Assembly (NCBI GenBank): GCA_020348925.1
Contig: CP070758.1
Coordinates: 576,469 to 640,468 of the forward strand
Source of the DNA: Gemmatimonadota bacterium
GTDB lineage: Bacteria; JBHIER01; G020348925
Length of the DNA stretch: 64,000 bases
Direction: 5' to 3'
The notes beneath the pieces were generated by a model. It was not told the DNA's origin. It saw only the letters and a program-made list of their open reading frames with translations, and did not search any database. The position numbers and the translations under genes are program-made. This document shows, one piece after another, positions 50,331-60,164 of this stretch (position 1 is the stretch's first letter; each line of letters begins with the position of its first letter).

Positions 50331-52739
50331 TTACTCATACTTGATTGCATTTACCGGATTCGTCTTGGCGGCCTTGACAGCCTGATAGCTCACAGATACC
50401 ATCGCGATACATATGGCAAGAATTCCTGCCAGAAAAAACGTCTCCAGACCCATATGCAACCGATAGGGATAATTCTCAAGCCAGCGATACATGACGTAGT
50501 ATGCAATCGGCCAGGCAAGAATATTTGCGATTGCCACCAGAATCAGAAACTCTTTTGAAAACAATTGAACAATGCCCCCAATGGAAGCACCGAGGACTTT
50601 CCGAACTCCGATCTCCTTTGTCCGCTGCTCTACGGCGTACGAGGACATGCCGAACAGACCAAGGCACGCGAGAAAGACCGCCAATACACTGAAAGAGAGT
50701 GCAATATTACCCAGGTTCTCTTCGGCGCGATATTGGCCCTCAAGGGATTCGTCCAGGAAGTAGTAATCGAAGGGCCGACCGGGAGCGATTTCCTCCCATT
50801 TTTTCTTCAACTGAGCTATCGTCGTTGGTACATTGTCAGATGCGATCCGAACTGCAATAAGATTGAAACTGTGAGCGGCATTGCCGATAAAAAGTGGTTC
50901 GATTTCAATGTGGAGGGAGGCCAGATGAAAATCCTTGACCACACCGACGACCCTTCTCGGTGACCATTCCACCTGGCCCGCTCTCAGATTGACACGTCGC
51001 CTGATGATCTTTCCGATCGGGTCCTCCCAGCCGATTTCCCTGGCAGCCGTTTCATTGATGATTGCTGACTCCATGCTGTCCGTCGCAAATTCGGCAGAGA
51101 AATTCCTCCCGGCCACCATATCCATACCCATCGTTGAAATGAACCTGTCGTCAATATCCATCATCCTCATCATCTTTGTTTCATCTTCCGAAAATCCCTC
51201 CGGCAGAAAAGGTGCCATCATTCCGCCTCGGCCGGGGATCCCTGTTGATGCACTGACGTTTCTCACTCCAGGCAAACGGGCAAGCTCATTTCTGATTCCA
51301 TGAATGGGCAAACGTTCGGAATCACCAACATTTGGTAAAACAACTACGTGCTCTTTGTCAAAACCGAGCATTTTGTTTTTCATAAACCGTATCTGTTCGA
51401 ATACCGTCATCGTTCCAATGATGAGAGCGATGGAAATTGCAAACTGTGTGACGACGAGAACACTCCGAAATCGAGACTTCGAGGAACCGGTTCGAACACG
51501 ACCTTTCAAAGCCCTGACCGGTTGAAAGGATGACAGAAAGAAGGCGGGATAGCTGCCGGCGATAAACCCGACGAAGAGCGCCAATCCGACAAATCCAGGA
51601 AGGATCCACGGTTGTCGTATGTAGTTCACATGCAATTCGCACCCGGCGAGGGAGTTAAATATAGGCAGAGCCAAAGGGAGGAGTATTGATGCAAGAAAGA
51701 CAGAAAGCAAGCCGCAGATTATGGATTCACAAAGAAATTGCCCCACCAATTTGCCACGACTGGCTCCCAGTGTCTTTCTCATCCCGACCTCGTTGGCGCG
51801 CGTCGCCGAACGGGCCGTGGTGAGATTGATGAAGTTGATACAGGCTATCAGCAAAATAATGAAGGCAATCCCAGAGAACAGGTATACATAGACAATATCT
51901 CCTCTTCCTCCGGGATCGCTCTGGAGATTCGAGCGGAGATGGATGCTGGTTATGGGTTGGAGAAACAGCTCCAATGTGCCTCCGACCGCTCTCAACTTTT
52001 CGCCGGAGTATGTTTCGACGAAGTCGGGGAGCTTTCGCTCCAGGTTCTTGGGGTCGCTTCCTTGAGCGAGCAGAAGATACGTATAATAGCCCAACCATCC
52101 CCAGACCTCCATTCCTGGGCGCTTCTCAGCGTACAGCGTTTCGAAGGAACAGAGCACATCAAACGTAATATGCGAATTCTGAGGCACATTATGTATGACG
52201 CCCGTAACGGTGAAGTTCGTCTCTCCGTCGAATTCGAGAATCTTACCAACCGGATCTTCTTCATCGAAGAACTGACGGGCCACATCTTCGGTAAGGACGA
52301 CCGAATGGGCGGTCAAGAGCGCAGAAGCAGGATCACCGCTTATCATGGGGAATGTCAACACTTCAAAAATCGAGCTGTCGGCATAGCGAACCTCCTCAAT
52401 TTGGAGTTGCTTGTCTCCGTGCTTCACTGAGGAACTGGACTCAGGCGTAATCCTGACGGCGTTGACAACCTCCGGATAATCCCGGATCAGACCAAGTGCC
52501 ATAGGAGGGCTCGTCATCGGCGCACGCCGATTCGCTCCACCGAGAGTGAGATCCGTGCCCAGACGGTATATTCGATCCGCTTTCGTATGAAACCGGTCAA
52601 AACCCAGTTCATTGGCAATCCACAACATAATCAAAAGGCAGCACATGATACCAATAGCCAGACCCGCTATGTTTAAAAAGGAATACATTTTAAACTTTCT
52701 GAAATTTCGAACGGCGACTTTCACATAGTTTTCATACAT
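50331..52739 (-). CDS. MacB/FtsX-family ABC transporter permease (duplicated)
   Basis: SFLNIAGLAIG, ACINFINL, EVGMRKTLGA, RTKEIGVRKVLGAS, NPVNAIKYE. Confidence 0.93.
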   Translation of the reverse strand: MYENYVKVAVRNFRKFKMYSFLNIAGLAIGIMCCLLIMLWIANELGFDRFHTKADRIYRLGTDLTLGGANRRAPMTSPPMALGLIRDYPEVVNAVRITPESSSSVKHGDKQLQIEEVRYADSSIFEVLTFPMISGDPASALLTAHSVVLTEDVARQFFDEEDPVGKILEFDGETNFTVTGVIHNVPQNSHITFDVLCSFETLYAEKRPGMEVWGWLGYYTYLLLAQGSDPKNLERKLPDFVETYSGEKLRAVGGTLELFLQPITSIHLRSNLQSDPGGRGDIVYVYLFSGIAFIILLIACINFINLTTARSATRANEVGMRKTLGASRGKLVGQFLCESIICGLLSVFLASILLPLALPIFNSLAGCELHVNYIRQPWILPGFVGLALFVGFIAGSYPAFFLSSFQPVRALKGRVRTGSSKSRFRSVLVVTQFAISIALIIGTMTVFEQIRFMKNKMLGFDKEHVVVLPNVGDSERLPIHGIRNELARLPGVRNVSASTGIPGRGGMMAPFLPEGFSEDETKMMRMMDIDDRFISTMGMDMVAGRNFSAEFATDSMESAIINETAAREIGWEDPIGKIIRRRVNLRAGQVEWSPRRVVGVVKDFHLASLHIEIEPLFIGNAAHSFNLIAVRIASDNVPTTIAQLKKKWEEIAPGRPFDYYFLDESLEGQYRAEENLGNIALSFSVLAVFLACLGLFGMSSYAVEQRTKEIGVRKVLGASIGGIVQLFSKEFLILVAIANILAWPIAYYVMYRWLENYPYRLHMGLETFFLAGILAICIAMVSVSYQAVKAAKTNPVNAIKYE

Positions 52740-52826
52740 CCGCAATTTATCCTAAAGTATCTATCCCATTCGTATCAGTTATTGTTTCCTGAGAGAATGC
52801 AAACGACATTCCGAAGTTTCAATGTT

Positions 52827-53516
52827 TTAAAGATGAAATGTATTCACATCGTTTTCAGCAATAAGCCTACCGTCAAAAATGTGGACTGTTCTGTTGCAGA
52901 ACTCCGCGTATGCTGGGGAATGCGTCACCATAAGGATGGTCGTTCCACCCTCATTCAACATTTTCAACAGATTCATTACATCATCGCCATGTGTTGAATC
53001 GAGATTTCCTGTCGGCTCATCAGCCAGAATAAGTTTTGGATGAGCGACGACGGCCCGAGCCACGGCAACCCTTTGCTGCTGGCCACCTGATAATTGCACA
53101 GGAAAATGATTTCTCCGGGCCATTATCTCCATTCGATCAAGAATTTCATCCACACGCCTCTTCCGTTCAGAGCCGGCTATTCCTAAATAGAGAAGGGGCA
53201 GTTCGACATTCTCGAAGACGGTCAACTCGTCGATCAGATTGAAGCTTTGAAAAACAAAACCGATATTGCCTTTTCGAAACTGAGCTCGACGCCTTTCCGA
53301 GTACTGTGTGACATCTTCACCGAGTAAGAGATATGTTCCCTCCGTCGGATTATCCAGAAGACCCAACAGATGGAGAAGAGTCGATTTACCGCATCCGGAA
53401 GGTCCCATAATGGCCGTGAACTCGCCCTCTTTCACCTCTAAATTGACGCTGTCGAGGGCGGTCGTTTCAACCTCATCAGTGTAAAACACCTTTTTCAAAT
53501 TGTCTGTTCGAATCAT
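52827..53516 (-). CDS. ABC transporter ATP-binding protein (LolD/MacB type)
   Basis: GPSGCGKST, LSGGQQQR, ILADEPTGNLD, VTH. Confidence 0.95.
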   Translation of the reverse strand: MIRTDNLKKVFYTDEVETTALDSVNLEVKEGEFTAIMGPSGCGKSTLLHLLGLLDNPTEGTYLLLGEDVTQYSERRRAQFRKGNIGFVFQSFNLIDELTVFENVELPLLYLGIAGSERKRRVDEILDRMEIMARRNHFPVQLSGGQQQRVAVARAVVAHPKLILADEPTGNLDSTHGDDVMNLLKMLNEGGTTILMVTHSPAYAEFCNRTVHIFDGRLIAENDVNTFHL

Positions 53517-53614
53517 ATCTGTGTCCTTTCTGTCAAAACGCGAGGAGATTTTCTCTATAAAAGTTACTCAGGCCCTATTCTATTCTACTCAATTTGACAC
53601 ATATCGGAAATTAA

Positions 53615-53631
53615 AGTTGCAGGTGACAACT
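53615..53631. promoter_or_regulatory. Putative MarR operator upstream of the ABC genes
   Basis: AGTTGCAGGTGACAACT, 15/17 identical to the 50130 site. Confidence 0.7.
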
Positions 53632-53676
53632 AAAATTTCCACATTCTTCTCATTTTCAGAAAGGGTGTATTTGTTC

Positions 53677-54165
53677 TTAAGGTGAGGAAAATCGTTTTGA
53701 TGCTGCGCGCGCCAGTCGAGCGACGAGACGGATAGTGGCCTGTCTTATGTCCGGATCGAAGTCAGTGATCATCTTCTTCATCTCACCGGCCAACTCCTTC
53801 TCAATCCTGTCATGGAGGTCCTTGCCCCGCTGAGTCACCTCAAGGCGCAAGGCCCGGCCATCTTTTGGATCCGCCGAGCGTTTGACGTAGCCTTTGCGCT
53901 CCAAGGAGTCAACGACTCTACTGGTCGTGCTTTTGTCGAGGAAAAGCTCGGCAGCCAGCATATTCAACGACATCGTGCCGAGACGAGAAAGTGCGTCTAT
54001 GGCGTAGCACTGGGTTATAGAAACATCCTGGTAGCAAATGCGTTTGCGGTCTCGAAACTGATACACCCGAACGAGCTCGCTCAAGGCCTCATGGAGCTCC
54101 CAGGCATCCTGTTCAAGGGTATTGCCCTGAATGAGACTTCCCGATTCTTTCGCGGTTGATGGCAT
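53677..54165 (-). CDS. MarR-family regulator with Cys-bearing N-terminal motif
   Basis: YQFRDRKRICYQDVSITQCY; LAAELFLDKSTTSRVVDSLERKGYV.R..DPKDGR. Confidence 0.92.
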   Translation of the reverse strand: MPSTAKESGSLIQGNTLEQDAWELHEALSELVRVYQFRDRKRICYQDVSITQCYAIDALSRLGTMSLNMLAAELFLDKSTTSRVVDSLERKGYVKRSADPKDGRALRLEVTQRGKDLHDRIEKELAGEMKKMITDFDPDIRQATIRLVARLARAASKRFSSP

Positions 54166-54196
54166 AAATTCACTCCTCACTCGAATCGCACATTAT

Positions 54197-54239
54197 CATT
54201 GTTACTAACAACAATAATGTCCGACGCGCCTCTTGTCAA
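54197..54239 (-). promoter_or_regulatory. marR promoter with an overlapping degenerate operator
   Basis: Minus strand TTGACA-17-TATTGT; CATTG-N7-CAACA (54197-54213) overlaps the -10. Confidence 0.6.
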
Positions 54240-54424
54240 TACTTTTTTCATAGGAACGGGGAAGGTTGGATTTGATGGCCAAAAAACCTTGAATCCTACG
54301 TAATCAGAGGTGCAAAAAATATTTATGAGCAAAACTTATCTTCAGTTGTCAAGCGCCTAAAGGAAATGTGAACTTATGCCTAAGATCGCAGAATTATAGC
54401 GTTCCACGCCAATTTAAAAAAAAC

Positions 54425-54480
54425 TTGACACAGACCAAGAAACCTCTTACATTCTGAATGTTCAAAATATTTTAAACGTT
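54425..54480 (+). promoter_or_regulatory. Sigma70 promoter plus palindromic operator
   Basis: TTGACA-17-TACATT, then AATGTTCAAAATATTTTAAACGTT (20/24 palindromic). Confidence 0.7.
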
Positions 54481-54498
54481 TATATAAAAGGTAACCTT

Positions 54499-55008
54499 AT
54501 GATTGAAGAACTCAAAGAGATGCGAGATGTAGCCGTCGAGGATTTTGGGAAAGCTTACAATAACTGGGGATTGAGCAAACTGAAGGGCAGAATCGTCGGA
54601 TTACTCCTTTTCAACCAGATGCCTCTATCCTTGGATGATATTGCCAACGAGCTTCATGTTACAAAGGGTTCTGTGAGCACTGTCGCTCGTCAATTGGAGG
54701 AGGGCGGTCTCATTCGTAAAGTCTGGGTGAAAGGGGATAGAAAAGATTACTATGAGATTGTATCGGATGTTTTTAGCACTACGAGCGAACACAATCTCAA
54801 ACTGTTAAAGGATAATCTACTCATTGCACAGAAGTATAAAAACTTTTTGTCGAGAATACTGGATTCGGCTTCACCTGAGGACAAATTGGAACTGGAGGTC
54901 TATCTCGACAGAATGACCGAAATGCAAGAGTTCTATGCTATGTTGGTCGATACGTTTGAAAGATTTATCACAGAGTGGAAGGGGAAATTCGAAGTAGCTA
55001 TGCAGTGA
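54499..55008 (+). CDS. GbsR/MarR-family transcriptional regulator
   Basis: WGLSKLKGRIVGLL...PLSLDDIA..L.VTKGSVS...VKGDRKDYY. Confidence 0.88.
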   Translation: MIEELKEMRDVAVEDFGKAYNNWGLSKLKGRIVGLLLFNQMPLSLDDIANELHVTKGSVSTVARQLEEGGLIRKVWVKGDRKDYYEIVSDVFSTTSEHNLKLLKDNLLIAQKYKNFLSRILDSASPEDKLELEVYLDRMTEMQEFYAMLVDTFERFITEWKGKFEVAMQ

Positions 55009-55082
55009 GTATCGGTTAACAGGCGGAATACTTTTTTCAGCTTCTCAAAATTTAAATCGATTCTTCCTCTTTGAGAGGGATC

Positions 55083-55883
55083 ATGCCCAGAGTAAAGGTC
55101 AACAATATCCAAATGTATTACGAGATTCACGGCCAAGGGTTCCCTCTGGTTCTCATTGCCGGTTACGGATGCGGTTCGTGGTTGTGGTTCAAACAGCTTC
55201 CCCACCTTTCCAAAACGTTTCAGACCATTGTTTTCGATAACCGCGGTGTCGGGAAGACGGACAAGCCTGATGATGCATATTCCGTTCGGATGTTCGCCGA
55301 TGACACCTCAGGATTGTTGAAACATCTGAATGTCAAAAAATGCCACATCCTGGGTATATCCATGGGAGGAATGATTGCGCAACAAGTAGCCTTATCATAC
55401 CCTAAATTGGTCGAGAGGCTGATTTTGTGTTCGACAACATTCGGAGGTCAAAACAGCATACCCATACCCGAAGGCACACTCAGGATCTTAGCCTCCAGTG
55501 CACGACTCCCCCGCGAAGAAGGCTTACGACGCAACATGGCTACGGCCTTTTCCGCAGAATACATAAGAGATAATCCCGAGGTTTTTAACAGAGTGATTTC
55601 TCACCTTCTGTCCAACCCGCAACCACTCTACGCGAACCAACTCCAGTTCCGGGCTCTAAAGGATTTCGATGTTGAGAAACGACTTCACGAGATATCTTCT
55701 CCAGTATTGATTCTGGCTGGTGATAGAGACGAGGTCATTCCCACCGGTAATTCCCAGTTGTTGCACGAAAGAATCGAAGGCTCTGAGTTAGTTGTATTCA
55801 AGGGGTGCGGCCACCTCATCATCATAGAGAGGGCGGAGGAATTGAATACGAAGATCACCGATTTTTTATTAGGCTCACATTGA
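55083..55883 (+). CDS. Alpha/beta hydrolase (enol-lactonase/esterase-like)
   Basis: DNRGVG, GISMGG nucleophile, GDRD, GCGH. Confidence 0.9.
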   Translation: MPRVKVNNIQMYYEIHGQGFPLVLIAGYGCGSWLWFKQLPHLSKTFQTIVFDNRGVGKTDKPDDAYSVRMFADDTSGLLKHLNVKKCHILGISMGGMIAQQVALSYPKLVERLILCSTTFGGQNSIPIPEGTLRILASSARLPREEGLRRNMATAFSAEYIRDNPEVFNRVISHLLSNPQPLYANQLQFRALKDFDVEKRLHEISSPVLILAGDRDEVIPTGNSQLLHERIEGSELVVFKGCGHLIIIERAEELNTKITDFLLGSH

Positions 55884-55912
55884 GATTGCTATTTCCATGA
55901 AGGAACGGAAAA

Positions 55913-56653
55913 ATGAGACTTAAAGAGAAAGTGGCCATTATTACGGGCTCGGCCCAGGGAATCGGAAAGGAAGCCGCACTGACTTTCGCTCAGGAAGGCG
56001 CCAAAGTAATAGTCTGTGACGTCATCGAGGATGCTGGCCGACGGACGGTCAAGGAGATTCAGGAGCGGGGTGGCACCGCTCTCTTCGTGATGTGTGATGT
56101 GACCCGCAGGGATAGCGTGCGGCACATGGTGGATCAGGCTCTGAGGGAATTCGGGCAGATCGATATTCTGGTGAACAACGCCGGTATTCTTCAGGATGCG
56201 ACCCTTCTCAAGATGACCGAGGATCAGTGGGACGCGGTCATCAACGTCAATTTGAAAGGCGTCTTCAACTGTACCCAGGCCGTTGCCCAGATCATGGTCG
56301 AGCAGGGCTTCGGCAAGATCATCAACACCTCATCCGTCGTAGGTCTTTACGGCAATTTTGGGCAGACCAATTATGTCGCCACGAAGTCCGGCATTATTGG
56401 TATGACAAAAGTCTGGGCCAAAGAGCTGGGCCGGAAAGGCGTCAACGTCAACGCCGTTGCTCCGGGTTTCATTGCCACGGAAATGGTCAAGAAGATGCCA
56501 GAAAAAATCCTGACTATGATGAAGGAAAAAACGCCTTTGAATCGATTGGGACAGCCGCGGGATGTCGCCCACGTATACCTCTTTCTGGCTTCGGACGAGT
56601 CGAATTTCATAAACGGCGCCGTCATTAGCGTTGACGGCGGCGTTGTCTTATAA
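55913..56653 (+). CDS. fabG: 3-oxoacyl-ACP/CoA reductase (SDR)
   Basis: TGSAQGIG, NNAGI, GNFGQTNYVATK, APGFI. Confidence 0.88.
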   Translation: MRLKEKVAIITGSAQGIGKEAALTFAQEGAKVIVCDVIEDAGRRTVKEIQERGGTALFVMCDVTRRDSVRHMVDQALREFGQIDILVNNAGILQDATLLKMTEDQWDAVINVNLKGVFNCTQAVAQIMVEQGFGKIINTSSVVGLYGNFGQTNYVATKSGIIGMTKVWAKELGRKGVNVNAVAPGFIATEMVKKMPEKILTMMKEKTPLNRLGQPRDVAHVYLFLASDESNFINGAVISVDGGVVL

Positions 56654-56682
56654 AACAGGAACTCTTCTCAGGAGAATATATT

Positions 56683-57588
56683 ATGATTTTCGTAAGTCTC
56701 CTCCTGTCATTGATGCTCAATCTCTCCGCGGAACAGCCTGACACCCTCACTTTTCAGCAGATACCGTATCTCTATGAAACCGATTTCTGCGAAATCGATA
56801 GCATAAAAGTGGCATTCATCGATAAGGGACAGGGTGAACCCATCCTTTTCATCCACGGCGTGGGCTCGGATCTCTCTCAATGGGATTTGAACTATCCGGA
56901 TCTCGCTCAAAAGTACCGAGTACTGGGTATCGATCTCCCAGGATTCGGAAAGTCCGACAAGCCCAGGATCGATTATACGATGAATTTTTACTCCGCCGTC
57001 ATCGAAACGCTCTTGACCAGACAAAAAATAGAGAAGGCAACCCTCATTGGCCACTCCTTCGGAGGACATCTGGCCGCCTACTTTTCTCTTCACCATAAGG
57101 AGAGGGTGAAAAATCTGATCATAGTCGATGGGGCGGGTATTCAGGAATTCACCCCGGAGCAGAAACAATTCATACTCACCCAGTACGATCTCCATAAGTT
57201 ATCCAATCCGAATCCCAACGAGCTTCGTTTCGGATTGCAAATGGGCTTCGTGAAATGGGAGGATACCTATGAGAAAACGGTTCAGGAACGAATCGCCCTC
57301 TCCAAATCGCCTGAATACAAAGACTACGCTTTTGCGGTCAACAAATGTGTGATGGCCATGTTGGATAAAAACGTAAAAAAGGAATTGCCACAGGTGAAGG
57401 CGCCGACACTTATCGTGTGGGGGGCCAAGGACGCACTTGTTCCGATAAGTGTCGCACAAGAGGCTCACGAGTTGATCGCAGGGTCGGAATTGACCGTCAT
57501 CCCGGAGTGCGGCCATTTTCCTATGATAGAGAAGAGCGGAGAATTTAACAGAATCATCGATACGTTCTTGGGAGGAAAGGATGAGTAG
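56683..57588 (+). CDS. Exported alpha/beta hydrolase
   Basis: Signal-like N-terminus; DLPGFG, GHSFGG, WGAKD, CGHFP. Confidence 0.9.
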   Translation: MIFVSLLLSLMLNLSAEQPDTLTFQQIPYLYETDFCEIDSIKVAFIDKGQGEPILFIHGVGSDLSQWDLNYPDLAQKYRVLGIDLPGFGKSDKPRIDYTMNFYSAVIETLLTRQKIEKATLIGHSFGGHLAAYFSLHHKERVKNLIIVDGAGIQEFTPEQKQFILTQYDLHKLSNPNPNELRFGLQMGFVKWEDTYEKTVQERIALSKSPEYKDYAFAVNKCVMAMLDKNVKKELPQVKAPTLIVWGAKDALVPISVAQEAHELIAGSELTVIPECGHFPMIEKSGEFNRIIDTFLGGKDE

Positions 57589-58573
57589 ATCGGCCATTAT
57601 AGCGGGTACAGGGGCTTATGTTCCGGAAAAAGTATTGGATAACAAGTATTTCAACGAATTGCTGGGCGAGAATGTCGATGCGTGGCTCAGGCCCATGAAT
57701 TATATCGAACGCCACATCTGTTCTGAAAACGAGAGCAGTGCCGACCTGGCAGCATCCGCAGGTCAAAGTGCCCTGGAGAACGCCGGTGTGAAGCCTACTG
57801 AGGTCGATCTTATCATTGTCGCTACGGACACACCCGAGTACATCTCTCCGGCGACCGGTTCCGTGGTTCAGCATCGTTTGGGTGCCGTCAACTCCGCCAA
57901 CTACGATATCAACTGCGCCTGTGCCGCCTTCTGCACGGCGGTGGACCTGGGAGCCCGTTACATCATGACCGATTCCGCCTATTCCAACGTCCTCGTCATC
58001 GGCGTCTACGCCATGTCCAAATACTTGGACTGGACCGACAAAACAACCTGTACCATCTTTGCCGACGGTGCTGGCGCAGTGCTGTTACAGGCATCCGAGA
58101 CGAAGCCTGGATTTTTGGGCGGGATACTTATTGCCGATGGCAGTTATCACGACTATATGGGTATTTATATGGGGGGAACGAAGACACCCCCCTCCCACGA
58201 GGCCATCGATAGGGGCGAGCATTTCCTACGTTTTCTCAAGAAGTTTCCCCCTGATACCAACTCCAGCCGCTGGCCCACGTTGGTCCGGGATGTGACGAAA
58301 AAATGCGGCCACACAGTGAAAGATATCGATTTCATTCTGTTCACTCAGATCAACATCACCACCATCAAAGAGGTGATGCAAGAATTGGGACTCCCGCTGA
58401 AAAAAACCCACTGGATTATGCACAAATACGGTTATACGGGTTCGGCCTGCATCCCTATCGCATTGGATGATGCGACGAATGAGAACAAACTGAAGGAGGG
58501 TGATCTGGTCTGCTTCGTCGGCTCGGGCGGCGGTTTCTCCATGGCGACTGTCCTGTTCCGATGGGCATACTGA
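57581..58573 (+). CDS. KAS III (FabH)-fold enzyme with non-canonical catalytic residues
   Basis: DINCACAAF, FADGAGA, FTQIN, YGYTGSAC, GSGGG. Confidence 0.88.
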   Translation: MSRSAIIAGTGAYVPEKVLDNKYFNELLGENVDAWLRPMNYIERHICSENESSADLAASAGQSALENAGVKPTEVDLIIVATDTPEYISPATGSVVQHRLGAVNSANYDINCACAAFCTAVDLGARYIMTDSAYSNVLVIGVYAMSKYLDWTDKTTCTIFADGAGAVLLQASETKPGFLGGILIADGSYHDYMGIYMGGTKTPPSHEAIDRGEHFLRFLKKFPPDTNSSRWPTLVRDVTKKCGHTVKDIDFILFTQINITTIKEVMQELGLPLKKTHWIMHKYGYTGSACIPIALDDATNENKLKEGDLVCFVGSGGGFSMATVLFRWAY

Positions 58574-58584
58574 GGACTATCAGC

Positions 58585-60117
58585 ATGCTTTTTTCTTGGA
58601 TCTTATTCATCATCTATGTCGTCGTTACCTTTTACCTGGCCTGGCTCGGCTCGAAGAGGACGAAGTCCTTGGACAGCTTTGCCATCGGCAACCGTGATTT
58701 AAATCCCTGGATTGTCGGGATAACCCTCGCAGCCAGCATGACCAGCACGGCCACCTTCGTCATCAATCCCGGGATCGTATACGCCACCGGCTGGTCGGCC
58801 ATCATGGGCTACGGCGTCTCGGCCGGCATCGGCCTCATCTCCGGTATCATCATTCTGTCAAAGGGATTCCGCAGATACGGTGTGCCCTCGGCGGCCCTGA
58901 CCGTGCCCCAATGGATCGGGAGCCGCTACCAGGACAGACGGCTGACGCTCTTCTATGCCGTGGTGAGCCTCTTTATGATCGCCATGGTTGTCCTCATCTG
59001 CTACGCCATATCCGGCGTTCTGGTCGCCACTCTCAATCTCCCCGCTCTCGTCGGCGCACACAGTTTCGAGATCGCTCTGGCCATAACGATCCTCTTCGTC
59101 TTCACCTACATCATGTTCGGCGGCACCTATGCCCACGCTTACACCAACACGGCTCAGGGCCTGATTATGATCGTGGTGGCCGTGGCCCTCATCGCTTCCG
59201 GGATTCATCTCATCGGAGGTGGACTCCTCGGTGCCTTGCGCGAAATAGATCCAAATCTGGCCACACTAACAAATCCCAACAGCATTCTGTTCCGGAACTA
59301 CTTTGAGGTCTTTGGAGCAAATTTTGTTGTGGGTTTCGCCCTGGCTGTGCAGCCCCATTTCATCACCAAGTCGCTCTACGTGAAGAGGGACAAAGATGTG
59401 AATCTGTACCTGGTGGTCACCTGTGTTATCGGAGTCCTCTTCTCCATGGTCCTGCTCTGCGGCCTGTTTGCCAGAATCAAGGAAACGGAATTTATCACAC
59501 AATTTATTACGGCCAACAAAATGGGGATCGACGGTGTGATGCCTGCGTACATCATTAAAACCTTCTCCCCCGTATCGGGGGCGCTGATTTCCCTGGCCAT
59601 TTTAGCGGCAGGGATGTCCACCATGGACGGTATCCTGGTAGCCCTCTCGGCCATCTTCGCCAACGACATCTATCTCGTTCTCTCGGAAAAGAAGCTCCAA
59701 AATTTTTCCCAGCAGGAGAAGCTGCGCATCGCCTTGAAAGTAGGACGCTACGGTCTCATAGGATTAGGCGTCTTGGCCTACGTCATCTCGTTGCTCCAGC
59801 ACCATTACAAAGAGTTCTCCGTGGCCATCTTCGCCCAGGAGGGGGTGTACGCCCTGTTTGCGGCCACCTTTGTGCCCCTGTTGTTCGGCATGTTCAAACG
59901 CGACGTCCATAAAGTGCCGGTCTTTGTGGCCTCCGTGAGCGCGCTGGTGATCCATTTTGGATTTCGATACGGGAAACTGACCCTGGCCACATCGGCCGAC
60001 TACACGAATCCCGGGCTCACGGCGGCCTACGGATTGCTCTTCAGCGTGGTCGTGATGTTGGCCTACACTATCGGCAGGAAGCTCTTCACCGGAAGATCCG
60101 TGCGACGCTCTCCATGA
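58585..60117 (+). CDS. Sodium:solute symporter
   Basis: Many TM helices; SFAIGNR, ASMTSTATF, AAGMSTMDG. Confidence 0.9.
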   Translation: MLFSWILFIIYVVVTFYLAWLGSKRTKSLDSFAIGNRDLNPWIVGITLAASMTSTATFVINPGIVYATGWSAIMGYGVSAGIGLISGIIILSKGFRRYGVPSAALTVPQWIGSRYQDRRLTLFYAVVSLFMIAMVVLICYAISGVLVATLNLPALVGAHSFEIALAITILFVFTYIMFGGTYAHAYTNTAQGLIMIVVAVALIASGIHLIGGGLLGALREIDPNLATLTNPNSILFRNYFEVFGANFVVGFALAVQPHFITKSLYVKRDKDVNLYLVVTCVIGVLFSMVLLCGLFARIKETEFITQFITANKMGIDGVMPAYIIKTFSPVSGALISLAILAAGMSTMDGILVALSAIFANDIYLVLSEKKLQNFSQQEKLRIALKVGRYGLIGLGVLAYVISLLQHHYKEFSVAIFAQEGVYALFAATFVPLLFGMFKRDVHKVPVFVASVSALVIHFGFRYGKLTLATSADYTNPGLTAAYGLLFSVVVMLAYTIGRKLFTGRSVRRSP

Positions 60118-60164
60118 TGGGAGGATACGCTGGACGTTTGCGAGCAAGAGAAGAATGCTATCAC

